Assembly: GCA_027001995.1 (NCBI GenBank)
Contig: JALTLO010000088.1
Span: 116,520 to 142,733 of the forward strand
DNA length: 26,214 bases
Direction: 5' to 3'
From: Planctomycetota bacterium
Lineage (GTDB): Bacteria > Planctomycetota > GCA-002687715 > DRQF01
How positions within the stretch are numbered: position 1 is the stretch's first letter; each line of letters starts with the position of its first letter. Positions 1-8,626 of the stretch are shown in pieces. Made by a program: the position numbers and the translations under genes. The notes under the pieces are model-generated. The model was not told the origin of the DNA, made no database searches, and was given only the letters and a program-made list of their open reading frames with translations.

Positions 1-313
1 CGTTGGCCCGGAGGAGCATGGCAAATCGCACCACCGCGGGTGGCAGGGGATCGCCAACGCCAACGGCGTGGGAAACGATGAGATTTCTTTGCAATTCTTC
101 CAAGCGGGAGGCGTCAATCTGAGTGTTGGCGAGTTTGCCAAAGCCCGTGTTAATGCCGTAAACCACTTGTCCTCGGGCCAGTATGGCTTCAACTGTGGCA
201 CGGGAAGTCTTCATGGCTTTTTTGGCCCCGTCTCCCAGGCTGACTTGAGGGGGTGTCCCAGAAAGGAAACAGTCGAGTTCTGAGAGCTGAATATCTTGTC
301 CGTCTATGATCAT
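1..313 (-). CDS. hutH: Histidine ammonia-lyase, N-terminal part (runs off the left edge; not in the ORF track)
   Basis: Manual translation from ATG at 313 gives MIIDGQDIQLSELD...QVVYGINTGFGKLANTQID...LEELQRNLIVSHAVGVG. VYGINTGFG and LQxNLxxSHA are HAL/PAL family signatures. An AGGA SD-like sequence lies upstream. Confidence 0.9.
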   Translation of the reverse strand, partial: MIIDGQDIQLSELDCFLSGTPPQVSLGDGAKKAMKTSRATVEAILARGQVVYGINTGFGKLANTQIDASRLEELQRNLIVSHAVGVGDPLPPAVVRFAMLLRAN

Positions 314-459
314 GATGATCGATCCTAACGTCTCTGATGCAAGCCGAAAACTGCCTCACTGGCCCCATTCTTGAGCCATCTGAGGCAAAAACGCCGGACC
401 AAGGGGTCGGCACGAGAATTTCCCTGTCGGAAAGCGAACGACACCCTATAACAAAGCTC

Positions 460-1920
460 ATGAATGGACCTCGACGAGAATCAATTTTAGAAAGCCAGGT
501 CGTCCTTCTGCTGGCCCATGGTGCCAGTTTGGCCTTGGGACTGGTGATCACCTGGTTGCTGGCCCGCCGCCTTGACGATGGGGCCTTCGCCGGGTTCATT
601 CTGCTCTCTGGGGCTCTCTCTTTGGCGGGGCAGCTCGTCGATGCCGGGCTTCAGCCAGCTGTGGTTGCTGAATTGGCCAAGGACGAAGTCCGTGGCCGCC
701 AGTTTCGAGACAGAGTCTTCAGGCAACGATTCCTCTTAGTGGCCATCGCAGTTGTGGTGGCCTTCCTCTTTCGGTCCTTGCTCCCTGAGCCTCTCTCGTG
801 GTGGCTCTTTCTCTTGACCATCGCCACCTTGCCATTACGAACATTTTCAGCTCATTTCTTGGCTTCTGGCCGCAATCGTTTTGCTGCTTGGGGGGGGCTC
901 CTTGTTCGTTCCACATTTTGCTTGGCCATCATTTGGCTGGTGCAGAAGGAGGGAGATGTCTTGAGGTGGGTCTTGAGCTTCCTTTTGCTCAGAGAGATCG
1001 CCATGTCGCTTTATCCCTGTTTGTCTCTGCGCTGGAGATCGGCTGAAGTTTCGCCCCGAGACTCCAGAGAGGAGAAAGCAGAAAGTAGTCCCAATCAGGG
1101 TTTGGTTATGCTCGCATGTGCCACCATTTTTGGGGCCGCTTACTTTCACGTGGATGTTTTCATGTTGCGGGCAATGTCGACTGCAACCGCAGTGGCGCAA
1201 TACGGCTTGGCAGTGCGAGTTCTGGGGCCCTTGCTGGTGTCGATCTCGCTGATTCTCTCTCCTTTTCTTCCAGCTCTCAGTCTTGGACTTGGGAAACGCT
1301 TGGGACCTGGCCCTCTTGACGTTGGCTTGACCGTGGCTGCCACTCTTGGTGTCATCTTGCCCATCAGCATGGTGCTGAACTTGTCAGAGCCCATCATTGG
1401 TTTTCTGAGTGGCGAAGTGACAGAAACGGCGGCTCGATCTTTGAGCATCTTGGCCTGGACCTTGCCCCTGGTAGCCATAGGAGCAGCCTTTTCTACGGCT
1501 CTAATTTTGGCACAGCGCTATGGCACCTGGGCTCTTATCACGGGATTCGGCTTGGTCGGCAATTTGGGGCTCAACGTGGTTGCAATTCCTCAATGGGGTG
1601 AGAGTGGGGCAGCTACGGCCACCGTTGCCACAGAGTTTTTGGTGGCAACCCTGGCGGTTTTCTTTTATCGGCGTGGTCCCAATCGACCATCGATTTTCAC
1701 CGCCAAAGAGACGGCTGGCGCTTTCTTGGCCTCTTTGGCTCCATCGGCCTTGGCTCTTGCCATCTACTTGTTGATTTTTCCCGATGACGTCCACATGAAG
1801 CTCATTTTGGCGTCGGTTTTAGCCCTTGCTGCTGCCTCCCTTCACATGTTTTTTGGCATGGCCAAGAACTTGAGGCAGCACTTTGAAGAACGGCAGCGCC
1901 GCTATGGGGAGCAAGTATGA
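460..1920 (+). CDS. Wzx/MOP-family oligosaccharide flippase (polysaccharide export)
   Basis: Many hydrophobic TM segments and a C-terminal NLGLNVVAIPQWGESGAATATVATE motif typical of Wzx-type flippases. Adjacent to glycosyltransferases. ATG at 460 is preferred over 337, which is only 23 bp from the divergent hutH start. Confidence 0.8.
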   Translation: MNGPRRESILESQVVLLLAHGASLALGLVITWLLARRLDDGAFAGFILLSGALSLAGQLVDAGLQPAVVAELAKDEVRGRQFRDRVFRQRFLLVAIAVVVAFLFRSLLPEPLSWWLFLLTIATLPLRTFSAHFLASGRNRFAAWGGLLVRSTFCLAIIWLVQKEGDVLRWVLSFLLLREIAMSLYPCLSLRWRSAEVSPRDSREEKAESSPNQGLVMLACATIFGAAYFHVDVFMLRAMSTATAVAQYGLAVRVLGPLLVSISLILSPFLPALSLGLGKRLGPGPLDVGLTVAATLGVILPISMVLNLSEPIIGFLSGEVTETAARSLSILAWTLPLVAIGAAFSTALILAQRYGTWALITGFGLVGNLGLNVVAIPQWGESGAATATVATEFLVATLAVFFYRRGPNRPSIFTAKETAGAFLASLAPSALALAIYLLIFPDDVHMKLILASVLALAAASLHMFFGMAKNLRQHFEERQRRYGEQV

Positions 1921-3035
1921 GCCCCCTGCGTTTTGGACTCGATTACCGACCAGCGCTCCTGGGCAATTCTGGTATTGGCCGTTATGTGCGACAATTGGTT
2001 GAAGCCCTACCTGCTGTGATGGGTGAGACGGAGTTGGCTCTCTTCGGCGTCTTTTGGCAGGACATTGGGAAGAGGTCTTTGAACGTCGACGATCCTCGTT
2101 TGCAGCTCTTTGACCAGCGATTTCCGGGGCGAATTCTTCAGGCCCTGGGGCGGCTTGGGCTCTTGTCTGCGGAGCGTTTCATGGGATCGGTTGACTTGTT
2201 CCATAACACGGATTATGTCGAGATCCCTCTGCGTACAGAATGTTCGGTGACAACAATTCATGACCTCGGATTTCTGCGCGAACCTCTGTGGTATCCGCCA
2301 AAGAGCTACGAGAAGATCAAGTCGGTCACCCAGAGACTCGTGGAGGCCTCACGGGGTTTCATTGCTGATTCTGAGGCCACAAAAACCGATCTCGTCGAAC
2401 TCTTGGGCGTTGAGGAGAATCGAATCGAAGTCGCCCTGTTAGGGGTGTCGGATTCCTTCTTCGAGACAGTAAAGCCACCTTCTGGCCCGCCCCAAATTGC
2501 CATGATTGCAACCTTGGAACCGCGGAAGAATCATTTGCGACTCCTGCGGGCTTTTGAGCAAGTGGCGGCCAAACATCGAGAGAGTCGGTTGACGATCGTG
2601 GGGCGTCGGGGTTGGCTTGACAATGACATCGTCGAGACGATTTTGCGTTTAGAAAATATGGGGCAAGTGTCCTGGTTGAGAGACGCTGATGAAGCTCAAC
2701 TGCATCACACATTGGCCCAATCAAGTATCGTCGCCTATCCTTCTTTGTGGGAGGGTTTTGGTTTACCTGTGTTGGAAGGCATGGCCGCTGGACGGGCGGT
2801 GTTGACTTCTGATTTGGGTTCCATGAAAGAGATGGCTGGGGAGGGGGCTTTACTTGTTGATCCCACTTCCGAATCTGCTTTGGCGGAAGGACTGGATTTT
2901 CTTTTGTCCGATGCCAGAGCCCGAGCCGACTTAGGAGCTTGTGGTCAGGCGCGTGCTCGTGACTTCACTTGGGAAGGCTGCGCCCGGGCAACATTCACCG
3001 CTTGGCAACGTTTCTTGGGGGAGGGCGGTCCGTGA
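1917..3035 (+). CDS. Glycosyltransferase family 4 (MtfB-like)
   Basis: TIHDL, LEPRKN and EGFGLPVLEGMAAG (EX7E) motifs. ATGA overlap with the flippase. Confidence 0.92.
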   Translation: MSPLRFGLDYRPALLGNSGIGRYVRQLVEALPAVMGETELALFGVFWQDIGKRSLNVDDPRLQLFDQRFPGRILQALGRLGLLSAERFMGSVDLFHNTDYVEIPLRTECSVTTIHDLGFLREPLWYPPKSYEKIKSVTQRLVEASRGFIADSEATKTDLVELLGVEENRIEVALLGVSDSFFETVKPPSGPPQIAMIATLEPRKNHLRLLRAFEQVAAKHRESRLTIVGRRGWLDNDIVETILRLENMGQVSWLRDADEAQLHHTLAQSSIVAYPSLWEGFGLPVLEGMAAGRAVLTSDLGSMKEMAGEGALLVDPTSESALAEGLDFLLSDARARADLGACGQARARDFTWEGCARATFTAWQRFLGEGGP

Positions 3036-4186
3036 ATGCTTCTTTTCCTTCCATTTTGGTAGATACCACTCAGGTCCGCGACCTTCACAGTGGCGTGGCC
3101 CGTCGGCTCATCAACCTTTGGCCTCAGGTGATAGAGAAAAGCAAGAACCTATCCATTGGTATTGTGGCTTATGATTTTATGGTTGCTTCCTTGTCGCAGT
3201 TCTTTCCTGATTGTGAAATCCTTGTGGCCAAGGATTTTGGTGAAGGCCCAAGGATTCGGCGAAGACGCCTCAATCCTCATTTGGCTGAGCTGAGAAAAAC
3301 AGGGGGATACGATTGGATCTTTCAAGATGGTCTCCTACCCTGCGATCGAAGGACTATCCTGACGATTCACGACTTACGTTTTAAGGCTGCTGGTATTCAC
3401 CCTCCTTGGCGTCGCGCTTTTATGGCGGGTTTTCTGCAATGGACACTTCGAGGCCGCAAGACACCAACGCTGACGGTGTCTAACTCTATGAAGCAGGAAA
3501 TTGTGGCCACCTTGGGCCTCAAGGCGGAGAGGGTTTTTGTGGTGCCCAATGGCGTTGACACCCAGCGATTTATTTTGCGTGAAAACATCGCCGAGGAACT
3601 CAATGACCTGGGCTTAGAACCGGGAAGATTTCGGCTCTTTGTTGGGCATTTGGAAGACCGCAAGAACCCGAAATTCTTGCTGGATCTTCACCGCTATGGT
3701 CGTGGGCAAGGTGATCAGACGAGGTTGGTGGTGGCGGCTCACACAAGGTCAGCTCCTTCGGAATCCCACAGGTGGAAAGAAACTTGGCAAGAAGAGCCTG
3801 GCGTGATTTTCTTTGAGTCGCCTCATGACGAACTTTTGGCTGCCCTTTATCAAGGTGCGGCTTGCTTTCTCATGCCTTCCAAGACGGAGGGTTTTAGTAT
3901 GACACCCTTAGAATCTCTGGCTATGGGGACCCCGGTTTTGGCTTCGGACATTGATGCCCACAAAGAGACCTTGGGTCCGGTATTCTGCCAACCTCTGGAT
4001 GTACACAGTTGGCATCGGCGACTCTTGGAGCTGGCAAACCCCAGCACCAAAACCGATCTGCTTGAGTTTGGGAATGAACGCCTCAAGGCACTCTCTTGGG
4101 ATCGAGCCGCTTTCGATCTTGTTTCTCTTTTGCAAGTGATCAGGGAAACATCAATGTCGTATTCGAGCAAGAGAGGCAAGCTCTGA
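3032..4186 (+). CDS. Glycosyltransferase family 4
   Basis: TIHDL, VVPNGVD, LEDRKN and EGFSMTPLESLAMG motifs. GTG start overlaps the previous TGA (GTGA, 3032-3035). Confidence 0.9.
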   Translation: MNASFPSILVDTTQVRDLHSGVARRLINLWPQVIEKSKNLSIGIVAYDFMVASLSQFFPDCEILVAKDFGEGPRIRRRRLNPHLAELRKTGGYDWIFQDGLLPCDRRTILTIHDLRFKAAGIHPPWRRAFMAGFLQWTLRGRKTPTLTVSNSMKQEIVATLGLKAERVFVVPNGVDTQRFILRENIAEELNDLGLEPGRFRLFVGHLEDRKNPKFLLDLHRYGRGQGDQTRLVVAAHTRSAPSESHRWKETWQEEPGVIFFESPHDELLAALYQGAACFLMPSKTEGFSMTPLESLAMGTPVLASDIDAHKETLGPVFCQPLDVHSWHRRLLELANPSTKTDLLEFGNERLKALSWDRAAFDLVSLLQVIRETSMSYSSKRGKL

Positions 4187-4413
4187 GCATGAAGGGAAGG
4201 ATCAGCACCATGACTCATAACGCAAGACAAGAGTTTCTTATGGGGTGGCTCCTTTCACATGCATTGCGGTAGCAACAACGTGTTTCTGAACTGCGAGCCT
4301 ATCCTGGCCGCGGGAGAAAAGCTATTAAGACCCTATGGAATTCACCGTGCACATGGGAGTTGCTCTCGATATGAGACCGAAATGGGCATCCTTGGTGAGT
4401 TGGGCCCATGCAC

Positions 4414-5277
4414 CTATGGCTTGGCGAAGCCCGTGGCCGATAGAGTGAGCTTGGCGGGGGAGAGAGGCGAGTCAAAACCAATGATTGCTTCGCCTGTGAC
4501 TTCGACCTTGAAGCTCTTAGCAAAAGCCAAAATCTGGTAGATCTCGCTGCGTTCGCTATCGAGGCGGATGGAGTGAGAAACCTTGACTTGAACCCTTTCG
4601 TCGCTGGGGATCCACTCATCCATTTCTGGAGCCTCAATTTTGCCTAATGAGACACCGTTGATCTTTAGGTCGATGGAGAGGGAACGCAGATGAATGGCGT
4701 AATTGTTTGGATTCTCGAGCTCGGTGATGAGTTCCAGGTCTGCTTGAAGCGCGCTGAGAGACTGGCGATCAATCCTCTTGAAGTGCAGGGTGGGCCGGAC
4801 CATGATTGGCAAGGAGCCAGACCATTGGGCTGAATACCAAGTAGCAGGGTCTAATTCTCTTTGGTTGCTTCTCAGAGCAAGTTGCAAGGAGCCGGGAATA
4901 CTCGCTTCTTCTGGGGTCTGTTGCAGGGAGTCGACCATCTCTTCACCTGCTAAAGACATGTGAGCTTTGAATTCGATTTCACCGTGGGCCGGTACTTGTC
5001 TGGGCACATGGTCGGTGAGGATTTTGAGAGGTTGGTCCTCTAAACGAAGGACACGTTCCGTCTCGATGATTTCCACATCGAAATCATTGGGGTTGCGAAT
5101 CACGAAAATGCTGAGGATTTGGAGTTCTCCGAATCGCTCCGCCGTCAAAGTCGTTTGGCGAAGGTTTACCTCTAAGCCCTGGGGTGGTACTGGGCGAAAA
5201 AGGGCGCAGCCAGAAAGGGCGACCAACAGGAGGGTCAAGAGGGCCCATGCCCTAAGCTCTTGGATGGGCACTGGCAT
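4414..5277 (-). CDS. Lipoprotein with two LEA_2/WHy-like domains
   Basis: Lipobox LSGC after a hydrophobic stretch. Two repeats of the NPN motif (IRNPNDFDV, LENPNNYAI) followed by beta-rich segments. Confidence 0.7.
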   Translation of the reverse strand: MPVPIQELRAWALLTLLLVALSGCALFRPVPPQGLEVNLRQTTLTAERFGELQILSIFVIRNPNDFDVEIIETERVLRLEDQPLKILTDHVPRQVPAHGEIEFKAHMSLAGEEMVDSLQQTPEEASIPGSLQLALRSNQRELDPATWYSAQWSGSLPIMVRPTLHFKRIDRQSLSALQADLELITELENPNNYAIHLRSLSIDLKINGVSLGKIEAPEMDEWIPSDERVQVKVSHSIRLDSERSEIYQILAFAKSFKVEVTGEAIIGFDSPLSPAKLTLSATGFAKP

Positions 5278-6148
5278 GTACTTTCTTCAGTCGTTCGGCG
5301 TCGACGGAGGTGTAAACAGTTGTGGTTTCCAAGTTGGCGTGGCCCAACATCTCTTGAACGCTCCGTAGGTCAGCTCCTTTGTGCACCAAGTGAGTGGCGA
5401 ACGTGTGACGGAGCAAGTGGGGCGTGACAGTTTGTTTGATTCCAGCTTCCTGGCCCAGCTTGCGTAAGCGCTTGTATACGGCAACGCGGCTGAGGGCACC
5501 GCCTCGGACTCCCAGGAATAAGTTGCCAGGTGAATGGGGCTTTGCCAGTCTGGGGCGACTTCGCTTCAAGTAGAGCTCGAGGGCCAGCACGGCTTGTTGA
5601 TGAATCGGAACGAAGCGCTCCTTGCGTCCTTTCCCTAAGACCTTGAGGGCTTCCAAATTTTGTTCGCGGCGGAAATCGGCGGCGTCCAAACCCACCAATT
5701 CGGCAACACGAATCCCCGTGGCATAAAGGATTTCAATGATGGCCTGGTCTCGAAGATCAAGAACGGCGTGGCCCTTGGAAACCTGGAGTAGCAGGGTCAT
5801 TTCTTTTGTGGTCAAGTAATGGGGTAGGGTCTTTTTGCGCTTGGCGCCAGGTAAGTGGACGGAAACGTCTTCACGGATGACTTTCTCCGCCAATAGGAAG
5901 TGGTGAAAGGAGCGTAGGGCCGCTTGTCGCCGTGCTAAAGTGCGGCTTGAGTCTCCTGCTGCCCGTCGATGAGCCATGAATTTTAGGATCGAGTCAGCCC
6001 CAGATTGATTTATGTTGGTGAAGTTAAGTCCTTCTAAGAAAAGGACATAAAGCGACAGATCACGCTCGTAGGCATGGAAAGTGTCCCGGGACCACATGGA
6101 TTCCGTAAGACCCAAGTTCAGAAAAAGTTCTATTTCACAATGATCCAT
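5252..6148 (-). CDS. xerD: Site-specific tyrosine recombinase, XerD/XerC type
   Basis: Full catalytic set: YATGIRVAEL (R), GKGRKER (K), HLLRHTFATHL (HxxR), LGH, TTVYT (Y), plus the C-terminal HPRA. ATG at 6148 with upstream AGGA is preferred over 6205. Confidence 0.85.
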   Translation of the reverse strand: MDHCEIELFLNLGLTESMWSRDTFHAYERDLSLYVLFLEGLNFTNINQSGADSILKFMAHRRAAGDSSRTLARRQAALRSFHHFLLAEKVIREDVSVHLPGAKRKKTLPHYLTTKEMTLLLQVSKGHAVLDLRDQAIIEILYATGIRVAELVGLDAADFRREQNLEALKVLGKGRKERFVPIHQQAVLALELYLKRSRPRLAKPHSPGNLFLGVRGGALSRVAVYKRLRKLGQEAGIKQTVTPHLLRHTFATHLVHKGADLRSVQEMLGHANLETTTVYTSVDAERLKKVHASAHPRA

Positions 6149-6299
6149 CCAACGCTTGTTCCTATTGACCGTATAGACTGCCTGACAGGATGAATTTCCT
6201 GACATGCTGCAATCCTATAGCAGTTAATAAGTTATGCAATATCTGCCCCGCAGGAGTCAAGAGCTAAGCGCAGGATTGTCACAGGGACTCGTCTTTTGT

Positions 6300-6329
6300 T
6301 TGACAACCAAGGGTCTAGGTCAATATACT
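6300..6329 (+). promoter_or_regulatory. Sigma70-type promoter for dksA-lspA
   Basis: TTGACA (6300-6305), 18 nt spacer, TATACT (6324-6329). Confidence 0.65.
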
Positions 6330-6440
6330 CCCCGGCAACGATTTGAAGATCATAGATACCGTTCTGGCATAAGCCTTTTTCCCAGGCTTACTTAGCGCAC
6401 GATGAACGTGGGCGTGCTGGACACAAATTGAGGTAGCACC

Positions 6441-6824
6441 ATGCGCGCGAGAGATCGCGAAAAGTTCAAGAAGCTCCTGCTTGACCGCCGGAGACAGCTG
6501 ACCGGAACTCTGTCATCCATGGCAGAAGAGGCGCTCAAGACCCATGGCACTGGCCAAGGGATCGATGACATCGCCGATATGGGCAGCGACCAATATGAAC
6601 AAGAATTAACATTGGGCCTTATGGCGACGGAACGGGTCGAAGTTCAGTCAATTGACCAAGCTTTGGATCGGGTCGACGATGGCACTTACGGTAAGTGCTG
6701 TGGTTGCAAAACAGCCATCCCCGTACCACGCCTGACAGCGGTCCCTGCGGCACAGTACTGCATCGAGTGCCAAAGCCACGTCGAGAAGTATGGCGTGCCT
6801 CCAGGGGAAGAGGAAGAAGAGTAA
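6441..6824 (+). CDS. dksA: DksA/TraR family C4 zinc-finger transcription factor
   Basis: Coiled coil with DIAD, then YGKCCGC...IPVPRL...AQYCIEC zinc finger. GAGGT SD upstream. Confidence 0.85.
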   Translation: MRARDREKFKKLLLDRRRQLTGTLSSMAEEALKTHGTGQGIDDIADMGSDQYEQELTLGLMATERVEVQSIDQALDRVDDGTYGKCCGCKTAIPVPRLTAVPAAQYCIECQSHVEKYGVPPGEEEEE

Positions 6825-6836
6825 CACCAACCACTG

Positions 6837-6862
6837 GGCCGGATTTTTTTGGAAATCCGGCC
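6837..6862 (+). other. Intergenic stem-loop between dksA and lspA
   Basis: Perfect 10-bp inverted repeat GGCCGGATTT / AAATCCGGCC. Only a short U tail follows. Confidence 0.5.
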
Positions 6863-6877
6863 ATTTGAGGGCAACAC

Positions 6878-7414
6878 TTGACTACAAAGACCCCGAAGAG
6901 TCATTGGCTCTTTGTTGTGACCTTTTTGATTGCCCTGGCTTTGGATCTCATATCCAAGCATTTGATCGAAACCCGACTTGGCATGTTCGAAGAATATGAG
7001 GTTTGGCAAGGCGTCTTGCGCTTCCGTTTGATCACCAATCCTGGAATGATGTGGAGCATGGCGGAAGCAGTCCCTGCCTCCCTCTGGGTCGCGATTCGCG
7101 GGAGTGTGCTTCTTGGTCTCATCTGGATGTATTTCAGCTTGGAGAACAAGGGGCCTATGGCTCAGTTGGCCTTCGGGTTGGTTTGCGCCGGTGCTTTGGG
7201 CAATATCTATGACAATATCTTTCAGAACAAAGATGCCTTGTTCCAGGGGGAAGTGAGGGACTTCATCCAATTCTATTGGTTCGAATTCCCCACTTTTAAC
7301 GTGGCGGACTCCTGCATCTGCGTCGGGGCTCCTTTGCTTCTTCTTGTGCTGTGGAGCCATGATCGGGAGCTGCGCGCCAAAGAGGACGGGAAGCCTCAGG
7401 AGCAAGGCTCTTGA
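6878..7414 (+). CDS. lspA: Lipoprotein signal peptidase II
   Basis: DLISK, NPG, GALGNIYD, VRDFI and FNVADSCI motifs. Confidence 0.93.
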   Translation: MTTKTPKSHWLFVVTFLIALALDLISKHLIETRLGMFEEYEVWQGVLRFRLITNPGMMWSMAEAVPASLWVAIRGSVLLGLIWMYFSLENKGPMAQLAFGLVCAGALGNIYDNIFQNKDALFQGEVRDFIQFYWFEFPTFNVADSCICVGAPLLLLVLWSHDRELRAKEDGKPQEQGS

Positions 7415-7604
7415 TGAGCCTGATTCAGCAGGCGAAGTGATCGTTCCAAAGTGTCGCAGGCCTTTTCACTCTAAGTTCGGGTGAATCTCTCTATTTTTTT
7501 TACGAACCGTGTATTTCCTCAAGGCAAGTATTAAGGTTGCACGAGACCTAGTGTGGTTGTGTGTGAATCGTAAATGTGTCGCATCATTCTTGAGAGCAAA
7601 GCCT

Positions 7605-8438
7605 ATGAGGCTCGAGACCGTCGACGCCTCGCTCATTGAGAGCGCAGTCAGTAGTTTTCTCGACTTAGCCTGGGGTGACCTTGCGGAAGCTCATTGGCCG
7701 AAAAGCATGAACTTCACCGGTGCTGACCGGGATGAGGTCTTGGCTGGTTTTGTCGACGAAAAAAAGCGTGGGTGCATGCGCAAATTCAGTTTGCGCCTGG
7801 GTAATCGACGTTATCCCTTCATGAAGATGGTCTTTCAGGAGCTGCTCTTTCGGGACTGCTTCTTTTTTAGTGTCGACACTCACGATGAATTGGACATCAA
7901 AGACACCAATCCGGACTACCAGGAATGGTTGGCCATCAAGCACTATAATATCGAGCTTAAGAACAAGGTTGAGGATGTCTGGCGGGCTCGGGGCATTCCA
8001 ACGTTGAGCGTCCTTCTCGACCGAGTCGACGACGATGAAGTGCCAGAGCGTCAAATCTGTACCATCACTCCTTCACCGCTGATCTATGTGGTGGACGATG
8101 AGGAATCTATCGCCGAGGGAGTTCGGCGCACTTTGGTCAAACGAAACTACGCTGTTGAGGTGTTTCACTGCGCAGAAGAGGCCATGAAGGCCATTCACCA
8201 GAAACGTCCAGATCTTATTGTCTCCGATTTGGAGATGGGAGATGGGGACTCGGGGTTGGAGTTCTGCGAGAGAATCCGGCGAGATGAAGACTTGAAGGAC
8301 ATCCCTTTTATCCTGGCAACGGCCGCAGGAATCGATTTGAGCCAGTTTGAGTTGATCGATGGCTTCATCGTTAAACCCTATGAAGTGGAGGTTTTGTGCG
8401 CTTTCGTGTCGGAAAACTTGGCGCACAGTACTCACTGA
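7605..8438 (+). CDS. Response regulator: unknown N-terminal domain plus C-terminal receiver domain
   Basis: REC residues intact (VVDDE, PDLIVSDLEM, ILAT, VKP). The N-terminal ~150 aa are not recognised. ATG at 7605 is the likely start. Confidence 0.8.
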   Translation: MRLETVDASLIESAVSSFLDLAWGDLAEAHWPKSMNFTGADRDEVLAGFVDEKKRGCMRKFSLRLGNRRYPFMKMVFQELLFRDCFFFSVDTHDELDIKDTNPDYQEWLAIKHYNIELKNKVEDVWRARGIPTLSVLLDRVDDDEVPERQICTITPSPLIYVVDDEESIAEGVRRTLVKRNYAVEVFHCAEEAMKAIHQKRPDLIVSDLEMGDGDSGLEFCERIRRDEDLKDIPFILATAAGIDLSQFELIDGFIVKPYEVEVLCAFVSENLAHSTH

Positions 8439-8626
8439 CTAGGTTTGCAACTTTGCCCAATCGAGATCCTCGTTTCGGCAGCAAACCCCCCTGTTCTTCC
8501 ACAATTCTGAATTCTTGTCCGATCCAAGGCAGAGGCGTTAGACTGTGCCCGAATCAAGGCATCCGGTAGACCCCGTGTGGTCATTAAGCCCAAGACGCCC
8601 GTCAGACCTGTTTGAGCGAACAATCC

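Noticed and set aside
5252..6148. Recombinase as a phage or integron integrase
   Set aside because: The motifs and HPRA end are chromosomal Xer type. There is no IntI insertion and no phage genes or att sites.
6210..6245. Possible dif site upstream of xerD (TTAATAAGTTATGCAAT)
   Set aside because: It does not fit the 11-6-11 XerC/XerD arm arrangement and is more likely AT-rich promoter DNA.
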